Under the pieces are notes generated by a model. The model ran no database searches and was not told where the DNA came from. It saw nothing but the letters and a program-made list of their open reading frames with translations. DNA of 43,678 bases from positions 1 to 43,678 of IMG/VR virus record IMGVR_UViG_3300017747_004718. One strand, written 5' to 3'. Both the position numbers and the translations under genes were made by a program. This document shows positions 24,186 through 33,322 of this stretch, one piece after another. Source of the DNA: a virus. Taxonomy: Duplodnaviria; Caudoviricetes. Position 1 is the first letter of the stretch, and each line of letters opens with the position of its first letter.

Positions 24186-24727
24186 TTAAACTCCACCACC
24201 CACACCCACGGATTCACGTTCCACGAACCCTTGCCGTTAATGGATTCCCACAAGTCGGCATACCACGTCCTGTTTCCTTTCGTCGTATCTGCTGGCAACC
24301 CCTCCGCAAAACAGTCCTCGTTGCTGATTTGCTGCAACCGCTCCACTCGCACCGCCACGATTTCCAGCGTGATGCGCGACGCCCACCGCGGCATGTGAAT
24401 GGACGGCTTCCATCCCTCGTCTGGTGTCTCATCGTCCTTTGGCCATGTCGCCCGATAGCTGGCCGGCCCTTTGCTGGACTTCATCGGATGAAACGTCTCC
24501 CTCACCCACAACCGATCGCCCGGCTGGCCGTACGGACAGTGTGACAAAGCCGCTTCACTTTTCCCGCCACATTGGTGCGTGCAGCAGTTTGCTACATCTA
24601 CCTTCACCACCCGCCGTGTCTGCGTCTTGCGCCCCTCGAGTAGCGCCCGCACCATCTCGCCCTTGAAAAGTATTGGTCGCTCTTTCGTGCCTGTGTCCTT
24701 TCCCGCGTTCCTGAGTTCCAAATTCAC
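24155..24727 (-). CDS. ASCH/PUA-fold phage protein
   Basis: KERPILFKGEMVRALLEGRKTQTRR, CPYGQPGDRLWVRET, WKPSIHMPRWASRI, NPWVWVVEF. Confidence 0.85.
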   Translation of the reverse strand: MNLELRNAGKDTGTKERPILFKGEMVRALLEGRKTQTRRVVKVDVANCCTHQCGGKSEAALSHCPYGQPGDRLWVRETFHPMKSSKGPASYRATWPKDDETPDEGWKPSIHMPRWASRITLEIVAVRVERLQQISNEDCFAEGLPADTTKGNRTWYADLWESINGKGSWNVNPWVWVVEFKRVESVGVES

Positions 24728-26241
24728 AATTCCTCCCCTTCATCATCCTGCTTCTTCACCGGCTTGTTCACCCCCGTCGGCCGATACGCATCCGCGAACC
24801 GCGTCCACTGCTTGTAATAAACCAGCCCGCAATTCCCCGTCGGGCCATTCCGGTTCTTGCAAAATTTCAGATTGACCAAATCCATCTGCTCCTGCCACGG
24901 CGACGATCGATCCAACCACTCCGCCCGCTCCACGAACGCCGTCTCCTTCGGGTCATCCTCATCCACCTCCGGCTTCCACAAGATCCCCGCCACATGACAA
25001 TCCTGCTCCACCTGGCCCGAGTCGCGGAAATCCGTCAGCTCCGGCTCCCGGTTCATCTTCGCGCTCTCGCGATTCAACTGCACACACACCAGCATCGGCA
25101 CCCGCAACTCCTTCGCCAGCGCCAGCAACCCGCTCGAGACCTCCGCCACCTCCTGCTCCCGGTTGTTGTAACGCCGCGTCGGCTTGATCAGCTGCATGTA
25201 ATCCACGATGAACAACCGCACCCCCTGCTTGCGATACAACCGCCGCGCCCGCGCGCTCAACTGCTGGATGTTCAGGCCCGCCGTGTCATCGATGTGCATC
25301 GGCATGTCCTTGAAAACCTTCGGCGCCTCCATCAACCGCGCCGCATCCCGCTCCAGCAGGAAACCGTTGCGGAATTTGTGGAGGCTCGCACGCGCTTCCA
25401 TGAACAACATGCGCGTCATCAAGCTCTCCACCGTCATCTCCAGGCTGAACACCGCCACCGGCACGCCCGTCTTCGCGATGTTCATCCCCATGCCCAGCAC
25501 CAGCGAGGTTTTGCCCAGGCCCGGCCGGCCGCCAATCAACGTCACCTCCGCGTCATTGAGCCCGCAGAGCATGTTGTCCACGTAATTGAACCCCGTGGGC
25601 AACCCCGTCAGCAGCTTGTGCCCGCGATGATGGTCATCCAGTTTTTGAATGACCGGCTTCAACGCCTCCCGCACGATGATCGCCCGGCTCGGCGCGTGCG
25701 TCTCGCTCACCGCCAGCACCTGCGCCTCGATGTTCCCGATCACCTCATCCGCGGACACCGCCGCTCCCTCGTCCGTCGGCGGGTTGTGAATCGTCTGCAC
25801 GCCACCCACCATCACCTGAAGCATCGAACGCAAATGGAACTTGTCCTTCACGATCGCGATGTAGTTTTCCAGGTTCGCCGCGCTTGGCGTCGCATCCGGC
25901 AAGCTCGCCAGATACATCAGGCCGCCGATCGGTTCCAACTGCTGCGCGTCCTTCAGCGCCTGCTGCAACACGATCAAGTCAAAGCGCCCTTCCAGCTTCA
26001 GCATCGCCGCGTAAATCACCTGATGCCGCAGATCGTAAAACACCCATTCCCCCGGCAGCTTGTCCATGCACTCCTGCATGCACTCCGCCGGGTCGTGCAG
26101 AATGCACCCCAGCACCCCCATCTCCGCCTCCACCGAATGCGGCGGAAGTTTGTCGGTGGTAGGGCTCGTCGCTCCGCGCGAGCCGCGTTTGGCCTTCTTG
26201 AACTCCTCCGCCGGCATCGCGTTCTCGAATTCGCTGCTCAC
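24724..26241 (-). CDS. dnaB: Replicative DNA helicase DnaB
   Basis: LPPHSVEAE, GGRPGLGKT, FSLEM, IVDYMQL, QLNRE, DFRDSGQVEQD, KNRNGPTG; likely GTG start 26241 overlapping the exonuclease stop. Confidence 0.95.
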   Translation of the reverse strand: MSSEFENAMPAEEFKKAKRGSRGATSPTTDKLPPHSVEAEMGVLGCILHDPAECMQECMDKLPGEWVFYDLRHQVIYAAMLKLEGRFDLIVLQQALKDAQQLEPIGGLMYLASLPDATPSAANLENYIAIVKDKFHLRSMLQVMVGGVQTIHNPPTDEGAAVSADEVIGNIEAQVLAVSETHAPSRAIIVREALKPVIQKLDDHHRGHKLLTGLPTGFNYVDNMLCGLNDAEVTLIGGRPGLGKTSLVLGMGMNIAKTGVPVAVFSLEMTVESLMTRMLFMEARASLHKFRNGFLLERDAARLMEAPKVFKDMPMHIDDTAGLNIQQLSARARRLYRKQGVRLFIVDYMQLIKPTRRYNNREQEVAEVSSGLLALAKELRVPMLVCVQLNRESAKMNREPELTDFRDSGQVEQDCHVAGILWKPEVDEDDPKETAFVERAEWLDRSSPWQEQMDLVNLKFCKNRNGPTGNCGLVYYKQWTRFADAYRPTGVNKPVKKQDDEGEEL

Positions 26242-26783
26242 TTCGCCGCCTTCCAGTTTTTCAATGCCCCCACACACTCCATCAACAGCCGGGCAGATTG
26301 CAGTGCATCAGCAAGCGGATTGTGCTTTGGGTTTTCTCCCTCGATCCGCTCCCGTGTTTCCATAGGGTCCATTCCGCAAGCGATCATGAAAGTCGCCAAT
26401 TCATGGAACGGATACGGACCCACCCACTGTCTTTCCATCGGGTGGTCTTCGACGCATTGAATCAGGAACCGCGCCTCCACTGGCCAGCCGCAGTCCGCCA
26501 CCATCACCATGCCTGGCAGTTTGTGCTCCAGCCATTTCCTCCAAAACGCCGCTCTCACCTGCCACGGCGAATTGTGCGAACTGTTCAGCTCAGGCGCATT
26601 TTCCTTCACCCAAGTAAAACCCTCTTGGTTGCCGCGCGCCGCGTAGGGAGGACAGGCAAAGCAGCCGCTGTCCAATTTGTTCCCATCGGCATCCAGCACC
26701 ACAAACCCCACTGCGTAGCCTTCGCCGTGAATTCCGATCGATTCCACGTCGAATACAAAATAACTGGTGATTGGCTCTTTCAT
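26238..26783 (-). CDS. DEDDh 3'-5' exonuclease-like protein
   Basis: VFDVESIG (ExoI), ADCGWPVE (ExoII-like), HNPLADA (ExoIII). Confidence 0.8.
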   Translation of the reverse strand: MKEPITSYFVFDVESIGIHGEGYAVGFVVLDADGNKLDSGCFACPPYAARGNQEGFTWVKENAPELNSSHNSPWQVRAAFWRKWLEHKLPGMVMVADCGWPVEARFLIQCVEDHPMERQWVGPYPFHELATFMIACGMDPMETRERIEGENPKHNPLADALQSARLLMECVGALKNWKAAK

Positions 26784-26807
26784 GTTCGTGTCCTTTTTGG
26801 TTTTGGT

Positions 26808-27566
26808 TCACCCGATCTGCACCGCCAGCATCTTCTGCTTGGCCTGTGTCAGTTGCTCGGAAAGCGCCCTTTTTCGTGCCCGGTCCGCCTCCGTCAAAGT
26901 TCCGTCCGCCTTTTTCGTCTTGGCCAGTTGCGCCAGCTCACCCTCGAGCAGCGCCTGCTGCTCCTTCAGCGCCCACACCACGCTCGTGGGCTTCTCGCCC
27001 CGGCGCCGCGCCTTTTTCGGCGGAGCCGGTTCCGAATTCCCCAAGGAGCGGGCGTCAGCCTCGGATTCTCCGCCCCCCTGTGGGGGGCTTAAGGGGGATC
27101 TATCTACTCTATCTACTCTATCGGTTACCGCAGGGTTACCAGTGGGTTCAGGTTGGGTTACCGTTGGGTTACCGTTGGGTTCTTCGTGGGTTACCACAGG
27201 GATAAGCAAGGGTTCCCGCTGGGATACCGTAGGGTTACCCTTCGGACGCCCACCTTTTGAGCCATTCGTCCAGTTCTTCACCAGCCCCTTGTTCGTCTCT
27301 TCCCACTGATGGACCACCAGGCCGCAGTCGATTTCCCAGCGCACGAAACCCGCCGCCATCAGACCGTCCCACAACCGGTTCGCCGGCCCCTTGTAGCGGC
27401 AAATGGCGCGCAGCGTGCCCGCTTCCATGTTCTCGAACGTGCCCGTTTTTCGCGACTGACAGTGAGCCCACAGCCGAATCACCAGCAACGGCGCCGCCTC
27501 ATCCTCCAGCAAGTCGCACAGCAACCGCGTCTTCCAGTGGTCCAAGAAATCAGGTTCAACAATCAT
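26808..27566 (-). CDS. Replication initiator / replisome organiser
   Basis: N-terminal PDFLDHWKT..LIRLWAHC wHTH, NGSKGGRPK, low-complexity iteron-coded linker, upstream of dnaB. Confidence 0.75.
   Translation of the reverse strand: MIVEPDFLDHWKTRLLCDLLEDEAAPLLVIRLWAHCQSRKTGTFENMEAGTLRAICRYKGPANRLWDGLMAAGFVRWEIDCGLVVHQWEETNKGLVKNWTNGSKGGRPKGNPTVSQREPLLIPVVTHEEPNGNPTVTQPEPTGNPAVTDRVDRVDRSPLSPPQGGGESEADARSLGNSEPAPPKKARRRGEKPTSVVWALKEQQALLEGELAQLAKTKKADGTLTEADRARKRALSEQLTQAKQKMLAVQIG
27099..27240. repeat. Iteron array, putative replication origin
   Basis: About ten GGGTTACC-like units at roughly 11-bp spacing plus tctatctac tandem repeats within the initiator gene. Confidence 0.75.
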
Positions 27567-28600
27567 GTCCTCTTGATCTGCAATCCGTGTTTCAGCCGCA
27601 CCTGCCAGCGCGTCCCCCGCGCCGACACCAGGAAGAAATGCTCCTTCCCGTCCCCGCCTTTTTCCTTCGTCATGCGCCAGCGCAGTTTTTCCGGAAATTC
27701 ATGCACCATCCGAATCGCCTGCACCCACCCCAGAACCCGCCAGCGTTCCTCCACAGCCGTCGCCGCCGGTTTTTCGCTACTGCCGGATACCGCCGGCCCG
27801 CTCGTGTTCGAAGACATTCGAAAGTGCCTCTTTACGTCCCAAAATTTTCCGGTGTAGTGCATGGGGTGATTGGCGCCGCCGCCGCATCGAGACCCCCCCC
27901 CCACCTTATCCGCACCCTGGCCGCCGCCAGCCTCGAGCCCGTCCGCCGTCCGTCCGTCCACCCGTCCACCGGATGGAAACGTGTCCGCCTCCGTAGCCAC
28001 ACCACCAGAAACCGCATCCGACACCGTGACATCAACCACTTGCGCCCGCTTCGCATTTGATTCGGACTCAACTGCGCGCCTCGCCAGCTCCCACGCGGAG
28101 TCCAAATTCTCGAGCAGCAACGCGCCCTCGGTGCGCCCAGTCCCCAAAACCACGCCCGCGTCGCGTTGCGACCTTTTATCGATCGCCGCCATCAGCGGAA
28201 TGGGTAGCTGGCCGGGGTGAATCTGCCCGAGCAGGATGCCTTCTTTAATCCGTTCGGCTGCCAGCTCGATAAACTCATCAAGCACCCGGTCAACCCCCTT
28301 AGCGACCGCCTCCAACTCGCCCCGCTCACGCAATGCCAACCGTATGGCCTGCACCGAGTTGGGCGACATACCAAACTTGATAGCCACGCCGCGCGCACTC
28401 ATGCCGAGACGCAGCGACATACACACCTGCTGCGCCAGTTCAGGCGCCGATTGCAGCCGCTTAACGAGATTCTTGCCCGTGTGCCTGAACCGCTTTGCGC
28501 CCGATTCCAGCAAAAAGCCCGCGGACCGGACGCAATCCACCACATCCTCGCGTTCGGGCAGGTTCGCGCAGATATCCAGCTCCTTCTGCTCCTCACCCAT
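27563..28600 (-). CDS. HTH-containing protein, terminase-small-subunit-like candidate
   Basis: HTH LGMSARGVAIKFGMSPNSVQAIR, helical oligomerisation-like region, low-complexity C-terminus. Confidence 0.55.
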   Translation of the reverse strand: MGEEQKELDICANLPEREDVVDCVRSAGFLLESGAKRFRHTGKNLVKRLQSAPELAQQVCMSLRLGMSARGVAIKFGMSPNSVQAIRLALRERGELEAVAKGVDRVLDEFIELAAERIKEGILLGQIHPGQLPIPLMAAIDKRSQRDAGVVLGTGRTEGALLLENLDSAWELARRAVESESNAKRAQVVDVTVSDAVSGGVATEADTFPSGGRVDGRTADGLEAGGGQGADKVGGGSRCGGGANHPMHYTGKFWDVKRHFRMSSNTSGPAVSGSSEKPAATAVEERWRVLGWVQAIRMVHEFPEKLRWRMTKEKGGDGKEHFFLVSARGTRWQVRLKHGLQIKRT

Positions 28601-28913
28601 TGCAGACCTCCAGCGTTACCACCTTACGCCGCAACTCACCCTCAGACCGTGCAGCCACAAAAACGCCGCGCGCCGTGTCCCTGGGCACCGCAGGACGCGT
28701 CGAAGCGCTCCCACCCAGCCAAGACACCAACGCCGCACCCGGCAGCCACTGACGGCCACCCACGCGCACCGCGGCCGCCTGTAGGGCAGGGGACGACGCC
28801 AGCCAACGGCGCACCGTGCGCACGCTCACCGGCTCGGCACCACTGCGGAACGCCGCCGCGATGGCCTCGCAGTCATAAAAACACCCCGCGCGAAATGGCA
28901 GCTCCGGCGGCAT
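28593..28913 (-). CDS. HTH/excisionase-like DNA-binding protein
   Basis: VSVRTVRRWL...VRVGGRQWLP pattern; ATG 28913 overlaps the upstream TGA. Confidence 0.55.
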   Translation of the reverse strand: MPPELPFRAGCFYDCEAIAAAFRSGAEPVSVRTVRRWLASSPALQAAAVRVGGRQWLPGAALVSWLGGSASTRPAVPRDTARGVFVAARSEGELRRKVVTLEVCNG

Positions 28914-29083
28914 CAATTCCATTCAGGATGGCTGCACGACAGATACTTACCGAGCCGACCACCGCGACGATTGCGCGCTCGCGCCCACCGCAAAAACAGC
29001 ACCAACCAAACAGCCGCACCACCCAGCCAGAACAGCCCCAGCACCGACAACACGGCCGTCACCAATGACATGTTGAGCGTCAT
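28913..29083 (-). CDS. Small membrane protein (56 aa)
   Basis: Hand translation MTLNMSLVTAVLSVLGLFWLGGAAVWLVLFLRWARARNRR...; below ORF-track cutoff; coupled to both neighbours. Confidence 0.5.
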   Translation of the reverse strand: MTLNMSLVTAVLSVLGLFWLGGAAVWLVLFLRWARARNRRGGRLGKYLSCSHPEWN

Positions 29084-29607
29084 TACCATCTTCCTTTCGG
29101 AAACGCCTGCACCACGCCAGCGTTCGGGTTAATAGGAAAGCCCGGCGTGGCCGCGCGAGAGATCGCAGGCGCGCCGCCGGGCGGGTTGTGGGGCAATGAC
29201 GCCGGCTGAACAGCCGCCGCCGAGGATTCCGCGTGCCGCTCGCAACGAGCGACGGCAACAAAACCAGTCCGCACGGCCGATCCTTGGCCATTCATGGCGC
29301 GCTCCGCTGCGCAATACGGACAAATGGAGTTTGGCTGGCAGGCGATCTCTAGTTGCTTTCCAGCCAAACACTCTGCCGCCGGCCCGCCATCCTGAAGGGG
29401 GTATGTAAAGCCGGCAGCAGAGCCCGACACCATCCGGTGCCGGGAAATTGGAACATCAAACGCCATCCCACGCCGCCAGCTCTCCGGCGTGATGGTTGCG
29501 CGGCTCCTCGCCTCATCGAGCCTGCAAAGCACCGCGTCTGCTTCCTCCAGCGAATCAAACACCCCGCGATTGACGAGTTGCTGAGGATTCCAACCGGGAT
29601 GATTCAC
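29083..29607 (-). CDS. Hypothetical protein
   Basis: GTG start overlapping the Cro-like gene stop; C-terminal half is weakly supported. Confidence 0.4.
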   Translation of the reverse strand: MNHPGWNPQQLVNRGVFDSLEEADAVLCRLDEARSRATITPESWRRGMAFDVPISRHRMVSGSAAGFTYPLQDGGPAAECLAGKQLEIACQPNSICPYCAAERAMNGQGSAVRTGFVAVARCERHAESSAAAVQPASLPHNPPGGAPAISRAATPGFPINPNAGVVQAFPKGRW

Positions 29608-29798
29608 GCGGCCCTCCGCTTGTTGTTCGTGAGTTCCGCCGTGAACCACTGCCGGAGCGCGGCGTTGATAATCCGCGACTCGATGATCATTGGGTTCTTC
29701 TCCTTCCAGCGCCCAAACAGCGACTCCACGTCACTTTCCAAATTGAAGCTCTTCTTTCTGCCTGGCGGCTTCTTCGTATGCTGCGTTCCTTCGTTCAT
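29604..29798 (-). CDS. Cro-position regulator, ribbon-helix-helix-like
   Basis: MNEGTQHTKKPPGRKKSFNLESDVESLF...SRIINAALRQWF; first gene of the leftward operon. Confidence 0.6.
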   Translation of the reverse strand: MNEGTQHTKKPPGRKKSFNLESDVESLFGRWKEKNPMIIESRIINAALRQWFTAELTNNKRRAA

Positions 29799-29811
29799 GC
29801 GATGTAATATC

Positions 29812-29897
29812 GGTATTCCAAAGGATACCTGAAGCGCAAGAATTATTTTGTTATAGTAGTTGACGGCGTAATACAAACATGCGAAATATGCCGTCAA
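29812..29897. promoter_or_regulatory. Divergent control region with operator-like palindromes
   Basis: AT-rich; GGTATTCC-aaa-GGATACC (29812-29829); inverted TTGACGGC(g/a)TA pair (29860-29870 and 29887-29897) giving -35-like boxes on both strands. Confidence 0.6.
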
Positions 29898-29898
29898 T

Positions 29899-30168
29899 AT
29901 GGGCTTGATGTTAGCAAATGAAGGCACGAAATATTCTTTCGTGAAGCACAGTTTCAACGCTGATGACGACTCTGAATCGCTCATCCGGGCGGCGGATGCC
30001 GTCCTGCGCGACAAGACGCAGTTCATCAATCGCTGCATTCAAGCGGCGAGTCCGATCCTTATCTCGCGCTTCCCAAAAAGCCCTGAATCCGTGTTCATCC
30101 GTGTTCATCCGTGGTTAAAACCCCTGATTTCATTTGTCCAAACGAGGGTCAAAAGAAAGTTGAAATAA
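29899..30168 (+). CDS. Repressor-position regulator, ribbon-helix-helix-like
   Basis: VKHSFNADDDSESLI...KTQFINRCIQ; divergent from the Cro-like gene; C-terminus includes a family-A repeat. Confidence 0.5.
   Translation: MGLMLANEGTKYSFVKHSFNADDDSESLIRAADAVLRDKTQFINRCIQAASPILISRFPKSPESVFIRVHPWLKPLISFVQTRVKRKLK
30087..30120 (-). repeat. Family-A repeat
   Basis: atccgtgttcatccgtgttcatccgtggttaaaa. Confidence 0.9.
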
Positions 30169-30201
30169 ATCCTTGCGCATTATCCCCTGATAAGGGATAG
30201 T
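30150..30201 (+). promoter_or_regulatory. Sigma70-like promoter for the ardC operon with an operator in the spacer
   Basis: A-rich UP region, TTGCGC (30173), 17 bp, GATAGT (30196); palindrome TATCCC-N7-GGGATA at 30181-30199. Confidence 0.6.
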
Positions 30202-30303
30202 CTCTCTGTCGGCTGGGAAACATGGTCCGGGCTGGGCCAGCCGACAACAGTAAACCAGCCCGCGTGTTACAAGCACGCCGCCCGGACCACAGCGAAAGAC
30301 AAC

Positions 30304-31251
30304 ATGAACACGAGCACCACGCAAGCCAAGAACACCGTCGCCGAAACCATCACCAAGCGTTTCATCGATGCCATCATTTCAACCGGAACATTGCCCTGGC
30401 AGAAGCCCTGGAAAAGCGTCGCCATGCGCAACGCCACCACGCGCCGCCCCTATCACGGCGTCAATGTGATCATGCTCGCCCTCTTCGGCCGTGATACCGA
30501 TTACATCACGTTTAACCAAGCCAAAGAACGCGGCGGCATGGTGCGCAAGGGCAGCAAAGGATTGCCCGTGATTTACTGCAAAATGATGGACAAGAAAGAC
30601 AAAACGACCGGTGCGCCCATCATGCACAACGGCAAGCCGGCCAAGTTCCCGATGCTCCGGTATTCGACGGTCTTCAATCTCTCCGACATCGACGGCTGCG
30701 ACGCCCTCAAAGCCAAGTGCGCCACGAGCACCAAGCAAATCGACTTCACCCCGATCGAAGCCTGCGAACGGCTCGCGTCGGATCTGTCCGCTCCCGTCAC
30801 CCACGGCGGCGGCCGGGCCTGCTACATCCCTGCGATCCATGTGATCAACATGCCGGAGCGCGACACGTTCAACAGCGCCGAAGCCTATTATTGCACGCTC
30901 TTCCATGAAATCGGCCACAGCATGAGCCGCGACAACAACGAGGACATCAGCACCGGTTTCGGCTCTGAACCCTACGCAAAGGAGGAACTGGTTGCGGAAC
31001 TGTTCGCGAACTTCTGTCTGTCATATGCCGGCATTGATTCGTCGCTCCTGTTCAACAATTCGCTGGCCTACCTGCAAAACTGGCAAAAGCGGCTCTCCGA
31101 TGACTCCGGCCTGCTCATCTCGGCCGCCTCCAAAGCATCCGCACGCTTCAATCTCCTGTTGAAACGTGCCGGACTCCTTGAAGACGAGCCCGAAACCACC
31201 GAAGAAAACGCCGAAGAAATCGTTGAAGAATCCGCCACCGTCGCCGCTTAA
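30304..31251 (+). CDS. ardC: ArdC-like antirestriction / ssDNA-binding protein with zincin-like domain
   Basis: LPWQKPW, N..T.RPYHGVN, TFNQAKERGG.VRKGSKG, TVFN, ACYIP..H.I.MP, TLFHEIGH, YAKEELVAEL, YLQNW. Confidence 0.92.
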   Translation: MNTSTTQAKNTVAETITKRFIDAIISTGTLPWQKPWKSVAMRNATTRRPYHGVNVIMLALFGRDTDYITFNQAKERGGMVRKGSKGLPVIYCKMMDKKDKTTGAPIMHNGKPAKFPMLRYSTVFNLSDIDGCDALKAKCATSTKQIDFTPIEACERLASDLSAPVTHGGGRACYIPAIHVINMPERDTFNSAEAYYCTLFHEIGHSMSRDNNEDISTGFGSEPYAKEELVAELFANFCLSYAGIDSSLLFNNSLAYLQNWQKRLSDDSGLLISAASKASARFNLLLKRAGLLEDEPETTEENAEEIVEESATVAA

Positions 31252-31272
31252 AACCCCTCACCAACTAACACC

Positions 31273-31557
31273 ATGAACGCAAAACACACACCCGGCCCGT
31301 GGACGATCCAAGGCTCCGGCACTCTAGCTCACCCTGTAACCGGAAGTTCTTTATCAACCGTCCGAATCGAAACCAGCCTTGGAACATTTGAGATTTTAGA
31401 CGAAACCAACGAGCCGGATCAAAACGTCCGGCTCATCACCGCCGCTCCTGACTTGTTGGCGGCACTCGAACTCGCCTTGGTGTTCCTTCCTGATGATGCC
31501 GTTTCTTGCGGCACTATGGTCCGCCGCGCTATCGCCAAAGCTACAGGCACTCCATGA
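31273..31557 (+). CDS. Small phage protein of the HTPGPW...N.RLI.AAPDLL type
   Basis: Both characteristic motifs present. Confidence 0.75.
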   Translation: MNAKHTPGPWTIQGSGTLAHPVTGSSLSTVRIETSLGTFEILDETNEPDQNVRLITAAPDLLAALELALVFLPDDAVSCGTMVRRAIAKATGTP

Positions 31558-31835
31558 CCACCATTCAAACCAAACTCCGCGCGTGGCGCAAAGCGCGCGG
31601 CCTGAGTCAATCTCAGGCCGCGCCTGTTCTCGGCCTCACCCAGCGCACCCTTGAAAACTGGGAACAAGGCACCACCCAACCCCGCGGCCTCGCCCGCGTC
31701 CACCTCCTCCAATTGCTGACTGCACCCGCCCAAATGGAGGAGCCACCCAAGCGCCTCGGCAAGCGTGAAACACTGGCCGACGTGGCGCGCATCGTGGACG
31801 CCTCCCGCAAACCCTACAAACCCTTGAAGCCATGA
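31554..31835 (+). CDS. XRE-family helix-turn-helix protein
   Basis: LRAWRKARGLSQSQAAPVLGLTQRTLENWEQG; start re-assigned to ATG 31554. Confidence 0.88.
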   Translation: MTTIQTKLRAWRKARGLSQSQAAPVLGLTQRTLENWEQGTTQPRGLARVHLLQLLTAPAQMEEPPKRLGKRETLADVARIVDASRKPYKPLKP

Positions 31836-32056
31836 AACTGCAACGCGGCAACTATCACGGTGCGTCTGAGTTTGCGTACTTCGATCGGAGTCTGGACACC
31901 ATGAGCCCGGCCGAAATGCGCCAGTTGCTCGAGCACATCCTTTACCAAGCAGCGCCCGGCCATCCGCACGCCGCCGCCGTCTTTGAGGCCCTGTCATGGG
32001 CCGAATCCGACTTTGCGCACTTTTCCTGCACGCCGCCCCATCGGGCCGCTTTCTGA
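31832..32056 (+). CDS. Hypothetical protein
   Basis: 74 aa, ATGA-coupled; stop lies inside a family-B repeat. Confidence 0.55.
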   Translation: MKLQRGNYHGASEFAYFDRSLDTMSPAEMRQLLEHILYQAAPGHPHAAAVFEALSWAESDFAHFSCTPPHRAAF

Positions 32057-32077
32057 GTTTCTGAGTTTAGGCTAAAA
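32051..32077 (-). repeat. Family-B repeat
   Basis: ttctgagtttctgagtttaggctaaaa. Confidence 0.85.
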
Positions 32078-32089
32078 CCCCTTCCCACC

Positions 32090-33322
32090 ATGAGCCAACA
32101 CCGCAAGCCCTCCGGTAACTGGTATTTCAAGTTCAAACCCTACGGCCAGCCTCTCGTCTCCGGCTACGGCTACGCCACCCGGGAACTCGCCGCCGCCGCC
32201 GAGAGCGCCGCCCGCCGCGCTGCTCAGGCCGGCAAGGTGGAACAGTTGCGCGCCATCCTCGCCCCCGCCGCCGTCGTCACGGTGGGCGAGCTGGCCGCCG
32301 AATGGATCGTCAGCGGCTATTCCCGCCCCAATCGACGCCCCCGCACTGCCAGCCAGCAAACCACGCAAGCGACGTTTCTAGGCTACCTGCTCGAGTGGTG
32401 GGGCAGTCGCAACGCCCAAACCATCACAGGCCCCGACCTTGGCAATTACGCCGAATGGCGCCGCCTCAACGTCCGCACCGGCTCCACCGGCGATCGCACC
32501 ATCGACGTGGAGCTAGGCGTTCTCTCGAATCTCTATCAGTGGGCGATCGCCGTTGGACGTGCCAAGTCCAACCCCTTCGCCACCCGCCCGCGCTTTCAGT
32601 CGTCCGACGACATTGACCACTGCCACCAGTTCCAGCCGGAGTCTGACGACGAACTGCACGCCCTCTGCGGCTGGCTGATGAGCCAGCCCGCTACCGCCGT
32701 CCACGGCGCACAGTTGCTTTTCCAAGCGTTCACCGGGTTGCGCCCTGGCGAGCCCGGCCTGCTTCGATGGAAGGCAGAATACGCGGCTGGCATCTACGGC
32801 CCTGGACACCGGCGGGCTGCTCTCTACGACGGCCGCCAGCAGGAACTCCTCGCCGTTGCCCGCCTCAAGCGCGGACAAAACCCCACCGTCGTCATTCACG
32901 AAGCCCTCGCCGCCTTTCTCGCCGCGTGGAAACCCTACTGTGCCGCCCGCTGGCCCGATAGCCCGTGGTATTTCCCGAACCCGCACAACCCCGCCGAGCC
33001 CCTCGTCAAACCCAGCGAAAGCGGACGGATCCTCAACACCCCGCTCGCCGCCGCCGCTGCGCACTGCAAGGTAGGACCGCGCCACGGCCACGCCATGCGC
33101 GCCTACCACGTCCGCGTGCTCCGCAGTCAAGGCGTGCTGGATGCCACCATCGCCGCCCGCCTCGGTCAATCTGGTGGAGCCCGCCTCATCGAAGACATCT
33201 ACGGCAAACCCACCGACAGCTTTGGCGATGGCCGCTTCGATTTCCTGCCCGACCCCATCGGCCCCGTGAAACCCGCCTGGGACAATCTCATGTCCCACCC
33301 CTCCAACATCATCGCCCTATGA
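32090..33322 (+). CDS. int: Phage integrase (tyrosine recombinase)
   Basis: Arm-binding-like N-terminus (GNWYFKFK), core-binding TIDVELGVLSNLYQWA, TGLRPGE, HAMRAY, LGQ, IEDIYG. Confidence 0.88.
   Translation: MSQHRKPSGNWYFKFKPYGQPLVSGYGYATRELAAAAESAARRAAQAGKVEQLRAILAPAAVVTVGELAAEWIVSGYSRPNRRPRTASQQTTQATFLGYLLEWWGSRNAQTITGPDLGNYAEWRRLNVRTGSTGDRTIDVELGVLSNLYQWAIAVGRAKSNPFATRPRFQSSDDIDHCHQFQPESDDELHALCGWLMSQPATAVHGAQLLFQAFTGLRPGEPGLLRWKAEYAAGIYGPGHRRAALYDGRQQELLAVARLKRGQNPTVVIHEALAAFLAAWKPYCAARWPDSPWYFPNPHNPAEPLVKPSESGRILNTPLAAAAAHCKVGPRHGHAMRAYHVRVLRSQGVLDATIAARLGQSGGARLIEDIYGKPTDSFGDGRFDFLPDPIGPVKPAWDNLMSHPSNIIAL

Noticed and set aside
23290-24727. Further integron cassettes beyond the first attC
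   Set aside because: I found no additional R''/L''/L'/R' structure by eye; a covariance-model scan could still reveal degenerate sites
29-29068. Long plus-strand ORFs (e.g. 29-871, 1439-2335, 10568-12505, 13223-14191, 16313-17815, 21992-23008, 24994-26460)
   Set aside because: Antisense shadows of well-supported minus-strand genes in high-GC DNA; Arg/His-rich with no motifs
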